A stretch of 63,964 bases of DNA, counting the filler, from Lama guanicoe (taxonomy: Eukaryota): assembly GCA_013239625.1 (NCBI GenBank). It is 79 parts of 77 records of this genome, joined end to end, with 100 filler letters (N's around TTAATTAATTAA, not from the genome) between each part and the next. Parts side by side here need not be neighbours in the genome. Positions count along the whole stretch, not along the records: positions 34,790 to 35,399 come from PNXV01012716.1; positions 35,500 to 36,252 come from PNXV01012717.1; positions 36,353 to 37,081 come from PNXV01012718.1; positions 37,182 to 37,700 come from PNXV01012719.1; positions 37,801 to 38,602 come from PNXV01012720.1; positions 38,703 to 39,322 come from PNXV01012721.1; positions 39,423 to 39,906 come from PNXV01012723.1; positions 40,007 to 40,862 come from PNXV01012724.1; 71 more parts are not named here. One strand, given 5' to 3'. This document shows, piece by piece, positions 34,790 to 48,634 of the stretch. Position 1 is the first letter of the stretch. Each line of letters opens with the position of its first letter. Both the position numbers and the translations under genes were made by a program. The notes under the pieces were generated by a model. The model saw only the letters and a list, made by a program, of their open reading frames with translations. It had not been told where the DNA came from and made no database searches.

Positions 34790-35399
34790 TTTCAGATTCT
34801 TTTCCATTATAGGTTATTACAAGATATTGAATTTAGTTTTCTGTGCTATACAGTAGGCCCTTGCTGGTTATCTGTTTTTTATATAGTAGTGTATATTAAT
34901 CCCAAACTCCTAATTTTATAATTTTATCCCTCCCTCCCACCCCTTTCCCTTTGGTAACCATAAGTTTGTTTTCTATGTCTGTGAGTCTATTTCTGTTTTG
35001 TAAATGAGTTCATTTGTGTCATTTTTTAAAGATTCTACATATAAATGGTAGCATATGATATTTGTCTTTCTTTGTCTGACTTTCTTCACTTAGTATGGTC
35101 CATCTATGTTGCTGCAAATGGCATTATTTCATTCCTTTTTTATGGCTGAATAATATTCATGTATATACACACACACACCATATCTTCTTTATCCATTCAT
35201 ATGGACATTTAGGTTTCTTTCATGTCTTGGCTATTGTAAATAGTGCTGCTATAAATATTGGGGCACATGTACTTTTCTCTGGATATATGCCCAGGAGTGG
35301 GATTGCTGGATCATATGGCAACTCTATTTTTAGTTTTTATTTATTTATTTATTTATTTAACTTTTTTTTATTGAGTTATAGTCAGTTTACAATGTTGTG
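34790..35399 (-). mobile_element. LINE-1 3' end
   Basis: TTTCAGATTCTTTTCCATTATAGGTTATTACAAGATATTGAAT...GGTAACCATAAGTTTGTTTTCTATGTCTGTGAGTCT. A second L1 tail begins at about 35335. Confidence 0.9.
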
Positions 35400-38300
35400 N
35401 NNNNNNNNNNNNNNNNNNNNNNNNNNNNNNNNNNNNNNNNNNNTTAATTAATTAANNNNNNNNNNNNNNNNNNNNNNNNNNNNNNNNNNNNNNNNNNNNT
35501 ATATATATATATATATATATATACATATATATATACACATACACATACAGTAGTGAAAAATTTAGAGCTAAGTGGGGACCTTAGAGATGGTCTAGTGGTT
35601 TCTTAATTTTTTAAGGGTGGGGGAAGGATACAGCAGTGGAACCTTCTTCTATATAAAAGAAATACAACAGACACTCCTCAGCTGAGGAAGAGGTGGGGTC
35701 ATGTGTGGAAGCTAGAGTTTTGCCTATTCAGTGTCCACCACCCTGACCCTGCACCAGATGCTGAGGCACCACACTGGAGCACACTTTCATAATGATTGTC
35801 TTGGTCAAACTGATTTTATATATGAGAATATTCAAGTGCAGAAAGGTAAACCGACTTACACTAGGCTCCAAAGGTGGAAGAAGGCTCACGTGTTTAGCAA
35901 AGAACATTTGTAGAAAATAGAAGGATTCCCACCTTCACTCAGAGATGGACGAATTGGTGGTGAAGCCAATGGGCCAAATGTCTCTAAATCAAATCATCCA
36001 GTTTGGGATTGAGCCCTCAGCAACCAATAGCATTTCTCCAGATGAATGATGTCTGATTCTTCCACATCTTCCACTGACAATCAAATCAAACAAGATTATA
36101 AAATCTCACTCTTCTCTTCTGGACAATTCATTAGTTCAACCTGATAATGTAACTTCTAAATATACATTTTAGTTTCCCAGTTAAACTGTTAAAAAACTAC
36201 CTGAAACAAAAACTCTGAAAGACAAATATATTGTATCTAAAGTGGCATGAAANNNNNNNNNNNNNNNNNNNNNNNNNNNNNNNNNNNNNNNNNNNNTTAA
36301 TTAATTAANNNNNNNNNNNNNNNNNNNNNNNNNNNNNNNNNNNNNNNNNNNNCCCCCCAGGCCTCTGACCTGCTCGTGCTTGAGGCAGGCCACCCCCACC
36401 CCACCATGACTGCCCATCTCCACCAGCAAGGAGAAGGGGATGTGGGGCTATACCCGGGTGGGGTCTGAGTGGTGGCCCAGCCTGGGCGGGCGTGCCCCGG
36501 GCCTCCCTGGGTTACCTTTGGGTCCCTGTGGCCAAACGGCCAGAGGCGCCTGGGGTGAGAGCTGACCCAGCGCCGTCACCGCTGGCCCAGCCCCTCGCTG
36601 TGGGCCTTCTGGGGGCCGCGGCCTCGGGGTGTTGGGACGCAGCAGAACATATGTGACTGAGTTGAGCTGAGTTCACCAACCGAGTGAGCTGAGTAGGGGC
36701 TTCTCGACAGAGGGGGTGCCCGGTGACCTCGGTTCTAAGTTCTGTTGGGTTCTGCTGCCAGGGAAGTGAGGTCACTTCCTGGGGTCCCCTTCCCCAAGCT
36801 TCCTCCTTACACAAAGCTCCACTGACTGCTCACCTCCCAGCCCGTGCCATGTCCACACACAGTGACACCAACTCAGCCCCCCTTCCCAGGACCCTGCTGA
36901 GGCCTGGATGCAGCCAGGGCGCCAGCTCTGAGGACGCGGCTGGGTTCGGACCCCGCCCCACCTCGTCAGCAGTGCTGTCACCCTGGACGAGCCGCCTGCC
37001 CCTCAGGGTCTCCCCGGTCCCCTGTCGGCACGGTGGGGATCATCCTGGCCCCTCCTTCCTGGGGAAGCCATCGTGTCTCCANNNNNNNNNNNNNNNNNNN
37101 NNNNNNNNNNNNNNNNNNNNNNNNNTTAATTAATTAANNNNNNNNNNNNNNNNNNNNNNNNNNNNNNNNNNNNNNNNNNNNTTATATTTGCTACATAAAT
37201 CTATCCACAATTCTTCCCATACCTGTGTTATAAGAAACCAAGATCTAGGTTAAGCTGCCTGAACACTTATGTGGACGTGAGAAATGACACCCTTGGGTGG
37301 GGCTTTGTGCAGATGGTACTGAGAGCTTATTCAGGGTGGTTCATCTTAATTTCTTTTAAACAATACTTTCAGTGTATTTAGTCAGATACATTAAGAACAT
37401 GCCTTTTTGATGTGCAGAGGATCTAAGAGTAAAATTTTCAAATAATTTCTAGTGTGTGTGTTGTACTTGAACCCTAATTTGCATCAAATCTTTGAAGATT
37501 TATGTTTCAGGAGCTTTGAATAAATAATACCTTTCTTTATTCAATAACTACAACTAAATGCTCAAGCAACATGTAAGAGTTTGAGCAAACTGCCCCCGCC
37601 CCGTAGTGCTGGGTGGCTGCAGCCGCAAATGGAGTCAGCGCTTACCTCTCACAGTACGCCTGTGCTGATCTGCTCAAAGCGGTTCACCCAACAGATTGTC
37701 NNNNNNNNNNNNNNNNNNNNNNNNNNNNNNNNNNNNNNNNNNNNTTAATTAATTAANNNNNNNNNNNNNNNNNNNNNNNNNNNNNNNNNNNNNNNNNNNN
37801 GATCTATTTATCTAAAATTTGAATAGATACAAATGATAATATGATGTCAAATGAGTCTATTATTTACTTTCTTTACTAATCAATATCTTTGAGATCTGTA
37901 ATTGTTAGAGTAAGTGCATCTGCTAGGTAGCTGCTTCTGCGTGTTCATTATCTGCACTCACTTCATACCATTCATTCACTGCCAACCCTCGCACCAAAGT
38001 CCTTCTGTGGACATTGAGAACACACCTCTTACATCCCTTTGGAAGTAGTGACCTGGAATGCACCCTGTTTCTTTTCTAAGAAGAGGCTGCACCTTTTACT
38101 CCCCCTTTCTGGATAGCTTCTGCATCTCCACATCCATTCCTACAATTGGAACACGCATGTTTCCTAATTCTGCCATTCATTCATTTTAATATAAATTTGT
38201 ATCCAAGTGCTATTTTAATTTTCATTTTTCTGGTTGTTTGTTGGTGATTTTCTGTATTTATTCATATGCTCGTTAGGCACCAAAGCTTCTTTCAAATGTT

Positions 38301-38402
38301 TACTGTTCAAATCCTTTACTCATCTTTCTTTTTTTAATTTGGTTTCTTGCATTCTTGTGGATTAGCAAGCACCTTTTGAATACTGCAGACTCACCTCTTG
38401 AG

Positions 38403-38602
38403 TGTTAGCCAAGTTAAAGTAAAAAATACTCAATGACACATGTGAAAGATGGCAAAGAAGACCTGATTTTACAGTCTAGGAGAGAGATGGGGCTCAACTC
38501 CAAGTATGGTATGGGCAAGTGGGGATTTATAACTATGGAAGAGAGTTGGGGGTTGGTCAGTGGGTGAAAAATTGCTAAGAAGAAATAGGGATAAAAGTGG
38601 TT
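38403..38602. mobile_element. MER31-like ERV LTR fragment
   Basis: AAAAATACTCAATGACAC...GGAGAGAGATGGGGCTCAACTCC...GGGCAAGTGGGGATTTATA...GGTCAGTGGGTGAAAAATTGCTAAGA resembles MER31 from memory. Confidence 0.6.
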
Positions 38603-38702
38603 NNNNNNNNNNNNNNNNNNNNNNNNNNNNNNNNNNNNNNNNNNNNTTAATTAATTAANNNNNNNNNNNNNNNNNNNNNNNNNNNNNNNNNNNNNNNNNN
38701 NN

Positions 38703-39322
38703 GTCTTGATGACTGCAGCTCTATAGTATTGTCTGAAGTCTGGGAGAGTTACTCCTCCAGTCTCTTTCTTTTTCTTCAGTAATGCTTTGGCAATTCTGGG
38801 TCTTTTGTGGTTCCATATAAATTTTATTATGATTTGTTCTAGTTCTGTGAAATGTCCTTGGTAATTTGATAGGGATTGCACTGAATCTGTAGATTGCCTT
38901 GGGCAGCGTGACCATTTTAACAATATTGATTTTTTCAATCCAAGAGCATGGGATATCTTTCCATTTTTTAAAGTCTTCTTTAATTTCCTTCACCAATGGT
39001 TTATAGTTTTCTGTGTATAATTCTTTCACCTCCTTGGTTAGATTTATTCCTAGGTATTAAGGTATTTTATTACTTTGGGTGCTATTTTAAAGGGGATTGT
39101 TTCTTTACTTTCTTTTTCTGTTGATTCATCATTAGTGCAAAGAAATGCAACTGATATTTGAACGTTAATTTTGTAACCTGCTCCCTTGCTGAATTCTTTG
39201 ATCAGCTCTAGTAGTTTTTGTGTGGATCTTTTACGGTTTTCTATATATAGTAACATGTCATCAGCATATAGTGACTTTTACCTCTTCTTTTCCAATTTGG
39301 ACCCCTTTTATTTCTCTCTCTT
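38703..39322 (-). mobile_element. Young LINE-1 ORF2 fragment
   Basis: [35 protein letters not shown] and [28 protein letters not shown]. Frameshifted. Confidence 0.95.
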
Positions 39323-39422
39323 NNNNNNNNNNNNNNNNNNNNNNNNNNNNNNNNNNNNNNNNNNNNTTAATTAATTAANNNNNNNNNNNNNNNNNNNNNN
39401 NNNNNNNNNNNNNNNNNNNNNN

Positions 39423-39906
39423 GTAAAAAAAGAAAAAGAAAATTTTCAATAACAGTTTTAAGTTTATGTAGAAAATATTAGATTTACTTTGTAATACAGG
39501 GATTCTACTTCTTGTATAAGTGTGAAGTGCAAAACCTTTTGCAGAGCAAAGGAAACCTTCTACAAGACATATGACAACACACAGAATAGAAGGAAAAAAG
39601 ACCAACAAGGTGTTAATATCCATAATATATATGTAGTATATTAGACTAAGTATTTTAAAACACAGGCCCCAACTTTAAAACAGTTTAAGGATCTTCACAG
39701 AAATTTTTCAAAAACAGACATGTGGATGATTTTCATTCACATAAAAAGAAACATAACGTTGCTATCCATTAGGAAATCTTAAATCAAAACCAGAATGAAT
39801 TATAATCTCACAGCAACCAAAAAGGCTATTAAAAAAGGCTACAAATGACAAACATTGATAAGAATGTCGATAAAAGGGAACCCAGGTATACATTTTGTGG
39901 AAATAT
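39423..39906 (+). mobile_element. Strongly decayed LINE-1 ORF2 3' fragment
   Basis: GCAGAGCAAAGGAAACC, AACAAGGTGTTAATATCCATAATATAT, ATTAGGAAATCTTAAATCAAAACC, AAAAGGGAACCC. Confidence 0.75.
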
Positions 39907-40993
39907 NNNNNNNNNNNNNNNNNNNNNNNNNNNNNNNNNNNNNNNNNNNNTTAATTAATTAANNNNNNNNNNNNNNNNNNNNNNNNNNNNNNNNNNNNNN
40001 NNNNNNATTCAGGATCGCCCGTTCTACATTGTGTGACGCTGCTACGGTGTCTCCTTGTTATTTGTTTCTGTATGTACTCGTGTATTTTTTTCTATGTGTG
40101 GTACTAGACATCTAAAAATGCTTTTTTCAGATGAAAAATAATGTGTATTTAATACAAAAGTCTGAAAAAAGGGTCAAAAGTGTCTATCCTAGTTCCACTA
40201 CTCAGAGATTATAATTAACACTTTAATATCTTTTTTCTGTTCTTTTCATCAATGTATATTACCTCTGTCATAAAAACGAGCAAGCACTCTGTGCCTGTTA
40301 ACTGTGTGGAGACCTCCATTTTCCATTCGGCTTATTACACGTTTTTCTACAATATTCTGTCTCCCATGGCATGATTTTTAATGACCAGTATAGCATTCTG
40401 TCTTGTGGAGGCATCGTCCATTTTACTTCGGACTAAATAAACTTTTAAATTCCATGTATAACTTTTAAATTCCATGTATATGTAACTGAAATACTGAAAA
40501 GAGAACTGTGGTTGTACCGAAAGGCCCCTACATCCCTTCCCCTTTTTTCCTGAGAGTAAAAACTGCTGACAATGTGGTGAATATATTTCATGACCTTTAT
40601 GCCAATGTCATATATATATACACATACATACATACACGTATATGAGAAATCTATGTATATGTGTGTGTATATATATGCTTTATTGAAAAATAAGACCATA
40701 CTATATGTTTTCTGCAGCTCGCTTTATTCACTCAGGGGTATTTCATAGACGTCCTCCCCCTCCAGACTCACCCGGTCCTTTCAGACAGAGTGGAGGGGTC
40801 TCCTGATGTGCAAGTTTGGTCTCTTGTGCAAGGACACCTTTCGTGGGAGAGTACTGTGGACANNNNNNNNNNNNNNNNNNNNNNNNNNNNNNNNNNNNNN
40901 NNNNNNTTAATTAATTAANNNNNNNNNNNNNNNNNNNNNNNNNNNNNNNNNNNNNNNNNNNNCAGTGGAGGAGGACAGGACAGATGCTCTGTG

Positions 40994-41331
40994 GCTGCCA
41001 GCAGGCCAGGGTGCCAGGGGCCCAGCTGGGCTTGGAGCAGCTCTGGGCAGCGGGGCAGGTGAAACGTTTTCCCTCCGCGTCTGTGACTCCTGACCAGCTC
41101 CGGCTCTGGTCAGCGGGTGAGGCGGGGGGGGGGAATAACCACGCTCAGCTTTTCCTTCGCTGCCAGCAGGCCAGGGTGCCAGGGGCCCAGCTGGGCTTGG
41201 AGCAGCTCTGGGCAGCGGGGCAGGTGAAACGTTTTCCCTCCGCGTCTGTGACTCCTGACCAGCTCCGGCTCTGGTCAGCGGGTGAGGCGGGGGGGGGGAA
41301 TAACCACGCTCAGCTTTTCCTTCGCTGCCAG
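40994..41331. repeat. Exact 165-bp tandem duplication
   Basis: Copies start at 40994 and 41159. GCTGCCAG occurs at 40994, 41159 and 41324. Confidence 0.93.
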
Positions 41332-41959
41332 AATAGAAAAAGCTCTTTGTGGGGAGAGGAAGGCCCCTCCTCTCATGCACGNNNNNNNNNNNNNNNNNNN
41401 NNNNNNNNNNNNNNNNNNNNNNNNNNNNNNNNNNNNNNNNNNNNNNNNNNNNNNNNNNNNNNNNNNNNNNNNNNNNNNNNNNNNNNNNNNNNNNNNNNNN
41501 NNNNNNNNNNNNNNNNNNNNNNNNNNNNNNNNNNNNNNNNNNNNNNNNNNNNNNNNNNNNNNNNNNNNNNNNNNNNNNNNNNNNNNNNNNNNNNNNNNNN
41601 NNNNNNCCTCCTCCCTCCACCAGGACTGCACAGGCTCATTGCTTTCCCAGGCCTGTAAGGCCTCTCAGGGATTCCCAGTCACCAGAAACACACCCTTCTG
41701 GGTTTTCATTTCCAACTGGGCTGGCATGGCAGTNNNNNNNNNNNNNNNNNNNNNNNNNNNNNNNNNNNNNNNNNNNNTTAATTAATTAANNNNNNNNNNN
41801 NNNNNNNNNNNNNNNNNNNNNNNNNNNNNNNNNCTGAACTAAAGCTTCCCCCTTTTTTCCGTAAGCTAGCAACTTAGAAGCACCTTCCTTTAAATAAACC
41901 CTAAAAAAAACCAAAACAAACAAACAAAAAAACCTCTCAACAAAGGAAATATGCCTCTT

Positions 41960-42713
41960 GATATATATGCCACTTTTATTTGATATAATATTGGAAGTTT
42001 TAGTCACAGTAAATAGGCAAAATAAAGAAATAAAAGGCATCCAAATCAGAGAGGAAGAAGTAAAACTGTCAGTATTTGCAGATGACATCACACTATATAT
42101 AGAAAGCACTAAAGCCTTTTAGGGTTAATACATGAATTCAGCAACGACACAGGGTACAAAATCAACACACAGAAATCTGTGGCACTTCTATACACTAATG
42201 AGAAACAATCAGAAAAATTAAGAAAATGTTCCTATTAAGAGAAAAGGTAGAATTCTCACTATATGCAGATGACATGATAATATATACAGAAAGCCCTAAA
42301 GGATCCACACGTAAACTACTAAAGCTGATAAAAGAGTCTGGCAGGGTAGCAGGATACAAGGTTAACATACAGTTGCATTTCTTTACACTAACACTGACCA
42401 CAAAAGAAAAGTTAAGAAACAATTCCTTTTAAAATTGCATCCAAAACAATAAAATACTTAAGAATAAATCTGACTGAGGAGGTAAAAGCTTATACATGGA
42501 GAGACATTGACTAAGGAAATTAAAGATGATTTAAAGAAATGGAAAGATATCCTATGCTCTTGGATTGAAGAATCAGTATCATTAAAATGGTCATACTGCC
42601 CAAGGAAATTACAGATTTAATGTGATCCTCATCAAATTACCCAGGACGTTTTTCACAGAACTATAACAAATAATCCTAAAATTTATATGGAATCACAGAA
42701 GACCCAGAATTGC
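41960..42713 (+). mobile_element. Two adjacent LINE-1 ORF2 fragments, each with the RT catalytic motif
   Basis: [11 protein letters not shown] at about 42055-42090 and [12 protein letters not shown] at about 42240-42276. Confidence 0.9.
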
Positions 42714-43504
42714 NNNNNNNNNNNNNNNNNNNNNNNNNNNNNNNNNNNNNNNNNNNNTTAATTAATTAANNNNNNNNNNNNNNNNNNNNNNNNNNNNNNN
42801 NNNNNNNNNNNNNTGGAGAAAACTTAAGTGTCCACCATCAAGACAATGATGCGGTAAATGAAGGCGAGCTGTGGGCGCTAAGGGGCCGGCGTCTCGGCGT
42901 GGCCCAAGGCCTTGTCCACAGCACTCTCCCACCAAAGTTGTCCTTGCACAAGAGGCCAAACCTGCACATCAGGAGACCCCTCTATCTGAAAGGACCGGGT
43001 GAGTCTGGAGTGGGAGGACGTTTATGATATACACCTGAGTGAATAAACCGAGCTTCAGAAAACATATAGTATGGCTTTATATACACACACATATACATAG
43101 ATTTCTCATATACGTGTCAGTATGTATGTGTATATATATATGACATAGGCATAAAGGTCATGAAATATATACTCCACATTATCAGCAGTTTTTACTCTCA
43201 GGAAAAAAGGGGATGGGATGTAGGGGCCTTTCGCTACAACCACAGTTGTCTTTTCAGTATATCAGTTAAGTATACTTGGAATTTAAAAGTTTATTTANNN
43301 NNNNNNNNNNNNNNNNNNNNNNNNNNNNNNNNNNNNNNNNNTTAATTAATTAANNNNNNNNNNNNNNNNNNNNNNNNNNNNNNNNNNNNNNNNNNNNTCA
43401 CCCCTGTGCCTATTCATTTCTTTGAAGATGGTGAGAGGGAATGACTCCCCTGATTTGCTGGACCCAGTTTTAACACAGTGGCTTATGATTTAAACAGCAT
43501 CAGC

Positions 43505-43630
43505 AACAGAGAAAGACAAGGACAGAAAGGAGGAAGGAAGGAAGGAAGGAGGAGGAGGAAAAGGAAAGGGAAGGGATGAGAGAAAGACAGACAGACAGAT
43601 GGATGGAAGGAGGGAGGGAGGAGAAAGACA
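43505..43630. repeat. Purine-rich (GAAG/GACA/GGAG) low-complexity tract
   Basis: Direct inspection. Confidence 0.85.
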
Positions 43631-45009
43631 ATCCTGCTGGAAGTATGTAATATGGTGGAGAGTGTGGACCAATCAGTCAAGATGACTGACATAATTTTTA
43701 GCATTGTCCTGAGGAATTAAATATTTATTGAATGACTATGTGCCAACAAATAATATGTGCATTATAAACAACTCACAGAAACTTTATAATCAGCCTATGA
43801 CCTAGGCAAGATTATTCTTATTTTACATCTGAAAACACAAAGAACAACAGATTAACACTTAGGTCCTCTGTCCACCAACACATATTAAGGAAGGGCACAC
43901 CTGTGTCTACCGACTCCAAACCAATGATTCTTTTAGATTTTTAATTGGAGTTTTTGTAAACCTTGAAAACTTAAGAGGCTCCAAGATACCAAAGGACAGT
44001 TGGAGCTGAAAGGAACTGACACATCCTAAGAAGAACCTCACGGTATTTAAGGACACCATTTGGAGCATAAACATGGAGCTCCACACCACTGTAGGACTCT
44101 CCTTCCACTCATGTGCTGGGCAGCAGCCCTGCTACATTATATATATAGTGTTACATGTAATATTTGTTACACATAACATTTTATATACCAATATGTTTGT
44201 TATTCAAGTAATATTCCCTGAACCAGTTCGTNNNNNNNNNNNNNNNNNNNNNNNNNNNNNNNNNNNNNNNNNNNNTTAATTAATTAANNNNNNNNNNNNN
44301 NNNNNNNNNNNNNNNNNNNNNNNNNNNNNNNTTTTCTGCTCTGAATTTAGTTTTGTGTAGTATTTACTCTTAAAATTTAGTAGTGTTCTGCCTATCATTG
44401 TTTTATGTTTGTATGAGAAAGTTGATCTGAGTAAACCATTTTATTAAAATATGGCAGTTTTTTTCTTTTCTTTTCTTTTTCTTTCTTTCTTTCTTTTTTT
44501 TTTTTTTTTTTTTTTTATTTTTTTTATTAGTATATTTTATTTGTAAATATATTATANNNNNNNNNNNNNNNNNNNNNNNNNNNNNNNNNNNNNNNNNNNN
44601 NNNNNNNNNNNNNNNNNNNNNNNNNNNNNNNNNNNNNNNNNNNNNNNNNNNNNNNNNNTTGTATAATATTGTGCCTCAGGGACCTCTTCAGTGCACAGAG
44701 CTACTTACTGTGATAGTCATGGCCTCTTCCTGGGGCCTTTCAGTTCCAAAACTTACGTAGCATGTATCTTTTTTTTCCCCCTTGGACACTTATTATTTTG
44801 GTATCAGAGACTTGTGAGGAAAGAGGGTTGTTTTGTTTTGTTTTGTTTTGTTTTTTACTATATTTCTATCTCTGGTTCTGCATTAAGACTTAAAATAATA
44901 GTTGAAATTNNNNNNNNNNNNNNNNNNNNNNNNNNNNNNNNNNNNNNNNNNNNTTAATTAATTAANNNNNNNNNNNNNNNNNNNNNNNNNNNNNNNNNNN
45001 NNNNNNNNN

Positions 45010-45562
45010 TTATATTAAGTATTCAGTATTCTATATTCTAAATTCTGTGTTCTGCTTTATGCGTTCTAAGGTCTGGGTTCTGTATTCTCTAATCTATATT
45101 CTATATTCTGTGTTCAACATACTGTATTCTAAAATTTATATTCAGTATTCTGTATTCTATAGTGTAAATTCTGTCTTCTACAATCTATATTCTAAATTCT
45201 ATATTCAGTAATCTGTATTCTATATTCTAAATTCTGTTCTGCATTGCATGTTCTAAATTCTGGGTTATATATTCCTTTTTCCATATTTTAATATCTGTGT
45301 TCTACATTCTATATTCTGTATTCAATATTCTGCATTCCGTATTCTACATTCCATATTCTGTGTTCTACATTCTATATTCTAAATTCGAAATTCAGTATTA
45401 TGTATTCTATATACTAAATTCTGTGTTCTATATTCCATGTTCTTAGTTCTGGTTTCTATATTCTCTATTCTATATTCTATAATTTTTGTTCATCATTCGA
45501 TATTTCTATATTCTCTATTCTATATTCTATAATTTTTGTTCATCATTCGATATTCTATAAAC
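45010..45562 (+). repeat. Heptamer satellite family H, ending in a 50-bp tandem duplication
   Basis: TTCNNNN units. AATTTTTGTTCATCATTCGATATT at 45481 and 45531. Confidence 0.93.
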
Positions 45563-47324
45563 NNNNNNNNNNNNNNNNNNNNNNNNNNNNNNNNNNNNNN
45601 NNNNNNTTAATTAATTAANNNNNNNNNNNNNNNNNNNNNNNNNNNNNNNNNNNNNNNNNNNNTTCGATTCCTGCTCTGGAGTGACCAGTCTTGTGAGATG
45701 GAGAACTGGTATGTCTGCTTATCCTTTCCCGGACTTGTTTTTGGTCCTATAGAGATGGGGCTCGCTAGGCGTCCCCCTCCCGTAGCAGTGCTGTGGTGTG
45801 TAAATGACGCGTGTGGGCAGCTCGAGCACAGCTGCTCGTTCCTCTTAAGTGCAGGATAGCATAGATTTTCCGGTGACGGCTTATGACCGCACTGTGTAGA
45901 CACTCTGTGCTCCGAATGGATGCCTTGTGGTTTGGAGATGGGATTCTCAATTCTGTAAATACCCAAGGATTGTGTTATTGGGCCCTGCTGAGTTGAATCT
46001 ATTCTTTAGAAAGTACATAGTGTAGATATATTTTTCAAGCATGCATGCTTTTTTTTCTTTTATTATTTATAATTCTACCCTCTCATCTCTTGGTGTGACT
46101 TTTCATGGAATCCAGGAAACAGTCCTAAGCCACCTGCCTCTTCACACTTCTCTGTGGTGGTTTTCTTCCCTGACTAGAAGACGGTTTTGCATAGGAAATT
46201 TTCTTTGATCCCCTTTCCTTGGAGTCTCTCTGTCTCCCCATCTCTCACCTGTCCAATCTCAATCCACTGATCCTTCTGAGTTGTTCCAAAAAGCACTTCA
46301 GGTAGCTTACAGAAGAACAGATACCAAGTAAACAGGTGAGAAAATGGGGCCAAGTTCAGACAGTGAGTCTAGGAGGTAAGCCTGTGTGAGTGTTGCAGGC
46401 GTGAGACACAAGCCTCTGCCCTGTGACTGATAAGATCGAAAGCAACAGTGTGCCTGAGGCTCCCAGTAGACACAGGAAAGCAGGGTTTGNNNNNNNNNNN
46501 NNNNNNNNNNNNNNNNNNNNNNNNNNNNNNNNNTTAATTAATTAANNNNNNNNNNNNNNNNNNNNNNNNNNNNNNNNNNNNNNNNNNNNCAGGCACAGGA
46601 GAAGACCCAACAGTCTCATCTTCCTCTAGACCACCGCCTTGCCTTCCCCAGCGACCTCAGCCCTGTGAGAAGACAGAGCTGTGAGCTCCCACCGCCCAAG
46701 CGTGGACTTTACCCTCGTGCTTGAAGGGGAATTTGCATGTGGAGGGGCCCTGTCTTCATAAATAGGGAAGGGCAGAGTTAGGCTGGCCTGTTTCTTTGAG
46801 AACCACTGCGAGTGTCACTTCTCTTGGCTTATGTGGCTTGTGCATCAGGGAGACTGTCCATGGGACCCCTTGGACACCAGTCAAAGGGCAGCCCCTCCCT
46901 CTGAGACAAGAGCTGCTCTCCTTCAAGCCCATCTTCCCTCCCGCCCTTCCTTTCCCGGCCCGGTGCTCCTCACCCACTCAAAACTTGTTCCTGCTCCCCC
47001 AGAACTGAGCCCAGGACACAGCCTTCTGTGTTTCCCTGGACCCTCCTCTGTGTGTCTTTGTCATTGGACGAGTGGGTGTCGTATGGTCAGCTTGCAGTTT
47101 ACATGTGANNNNNNNNNNNNNNNNNNNNNNNNNNNNNNNNNNNNNNNNNNNNTTAATTAATTAANNNNNNNNNNNNNNNNNNNNNNNNNNNNNNNNNNNN
47201 NNNNNNNNAGAAGCAAAGTGTCTTGGGTAAAGAGCTTTTTTTCTCTAATCTCTACAAAGACACCAACCAAGGCCCACCCCTCCCCGGCCCCTAGTCTGGG
47301 GTAGTGGGCACTGTAGTCAGCCCA

Positions 47325-47500
47325 GTCATGGGCTCCGGCCTCAGCCTCTTTGCCTGGCAGCTGTGGAACCTTGGGCCTATTACTTAACCGCTCTGCATCT
47401 CAGTTTCCTGTTCCGTAAAATGGGTACGTATAATCCCTGTAAGGACCGAGAGCATCCTCACGGGGCACCAGCTCACTGCCCGACACACAGCACTCATCAA
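47325..47500 (+). mobile_element. MIR SINE remnant
   Basis: CAGCTGTGGAACCTTGGGCCTATTACTTAACCGCTCTGCATCTCAGTTTCCTGTTCCGTAAAATGGG is the MIR core. Confidence 0.8.
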
Positions 47501-48634
47501 GTTCGCGCATTATTCTTGTTCCCAGTCCCTAGGCAAGGCCTGACCCCCCCCAGTCCCCTCCAGCCGCAGCCTAAGCTGCGTCCTCAGCCCAGCCCTGCTC
47601 CCCACCTCCCAGGGTTAGGGCCCCAGGGCCGCACGACAGCGGAGGNNNNNNNNNNNNNNNNNNNNNNNNNNNNNNNNNNNNNNNNNNNNTTAATTAATTA
47701 ANNNNNNNNNNNNNNNNNNNNNNNNNNNNNNNNNNNNNNNNNNNNATGGTGAGCTGAAAGGGCTCAGATACAAAACGTGCACATCATCAGCCTTGTAGTA
47801 GATAAAAGTGCGCCATGAATAATAGTAAAGATAAAGTTTCTTATGGAAATCTATTTTGAGATGCAACAATTTAAAGGCAACTGAGAGCTCAAAACCAAGT
47901 TCAACCAAAGAGAAACAGAGCCCAAGCAAATGTACAGAAATGGACAAAGATATTGGAGAAGGAGGGGTCTGTGTTCTACCGATACTCCAGATCAGCAAAT
48001 TCATCCTGAAATCAAGCCAGTGATGTGCCATGAGGTCACTCAAGGAATCAGGCAGAAAACATCGGCCAGAAGAAATAGGAACAATATCAAAGGCAGGTGT
48101 GAGATGTGGAAGGGGTGACCCTGTGAACCTTGCTGCAATGAGGCAGGATGCTTTTGCGGGCTTTCTGCACAGGCTGGCTGGCTCACATGACTCTGTTTAG
48201 AAGGATATCAGCCAACAGCTGTGCCACANNNNNNNNNNNNNNNNNNNNNNNNNNNNNNNNNNNNNNNNNTCCTTAGACGACATGACCAGAAGGATCTGAG
48301 AATCAATGGTGGAGATGTACCTGAATGAGTATTCCATTTCATTCTTTGGCAGTCAATCTTCAGCTTTGTACAACATAAATATTGACAAAGATATACACAG
48401 GCACCCTATTTGAAAGGCTGACTGCATAATTGCGTCTAATGGAGAAAAGTGGGCTCCGTGTTGGTATGCTAGGACATTGTTTGGTTCGGTAACCGATGCT
48501 TCTGAGACCCAAAGCATATTCTAGTATAACCGACNNNNNNNNNNNNNNNNNNNNNNNNNNNNNNNNNNNNNNNNNNNNTTAATTAATTAANNNNNNNNNN
48601 NNNNNNNNNNNNNNNNNNNNNNNNNNNNNNNNNN

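Noticed and set aside
45663..45714. Possible exon end RFLLWSDQSCEMENW followed by donor-like TG|GTATGT
   Set aside because: Too short, truncated by the scaffold edge, and not assignable to any gene.
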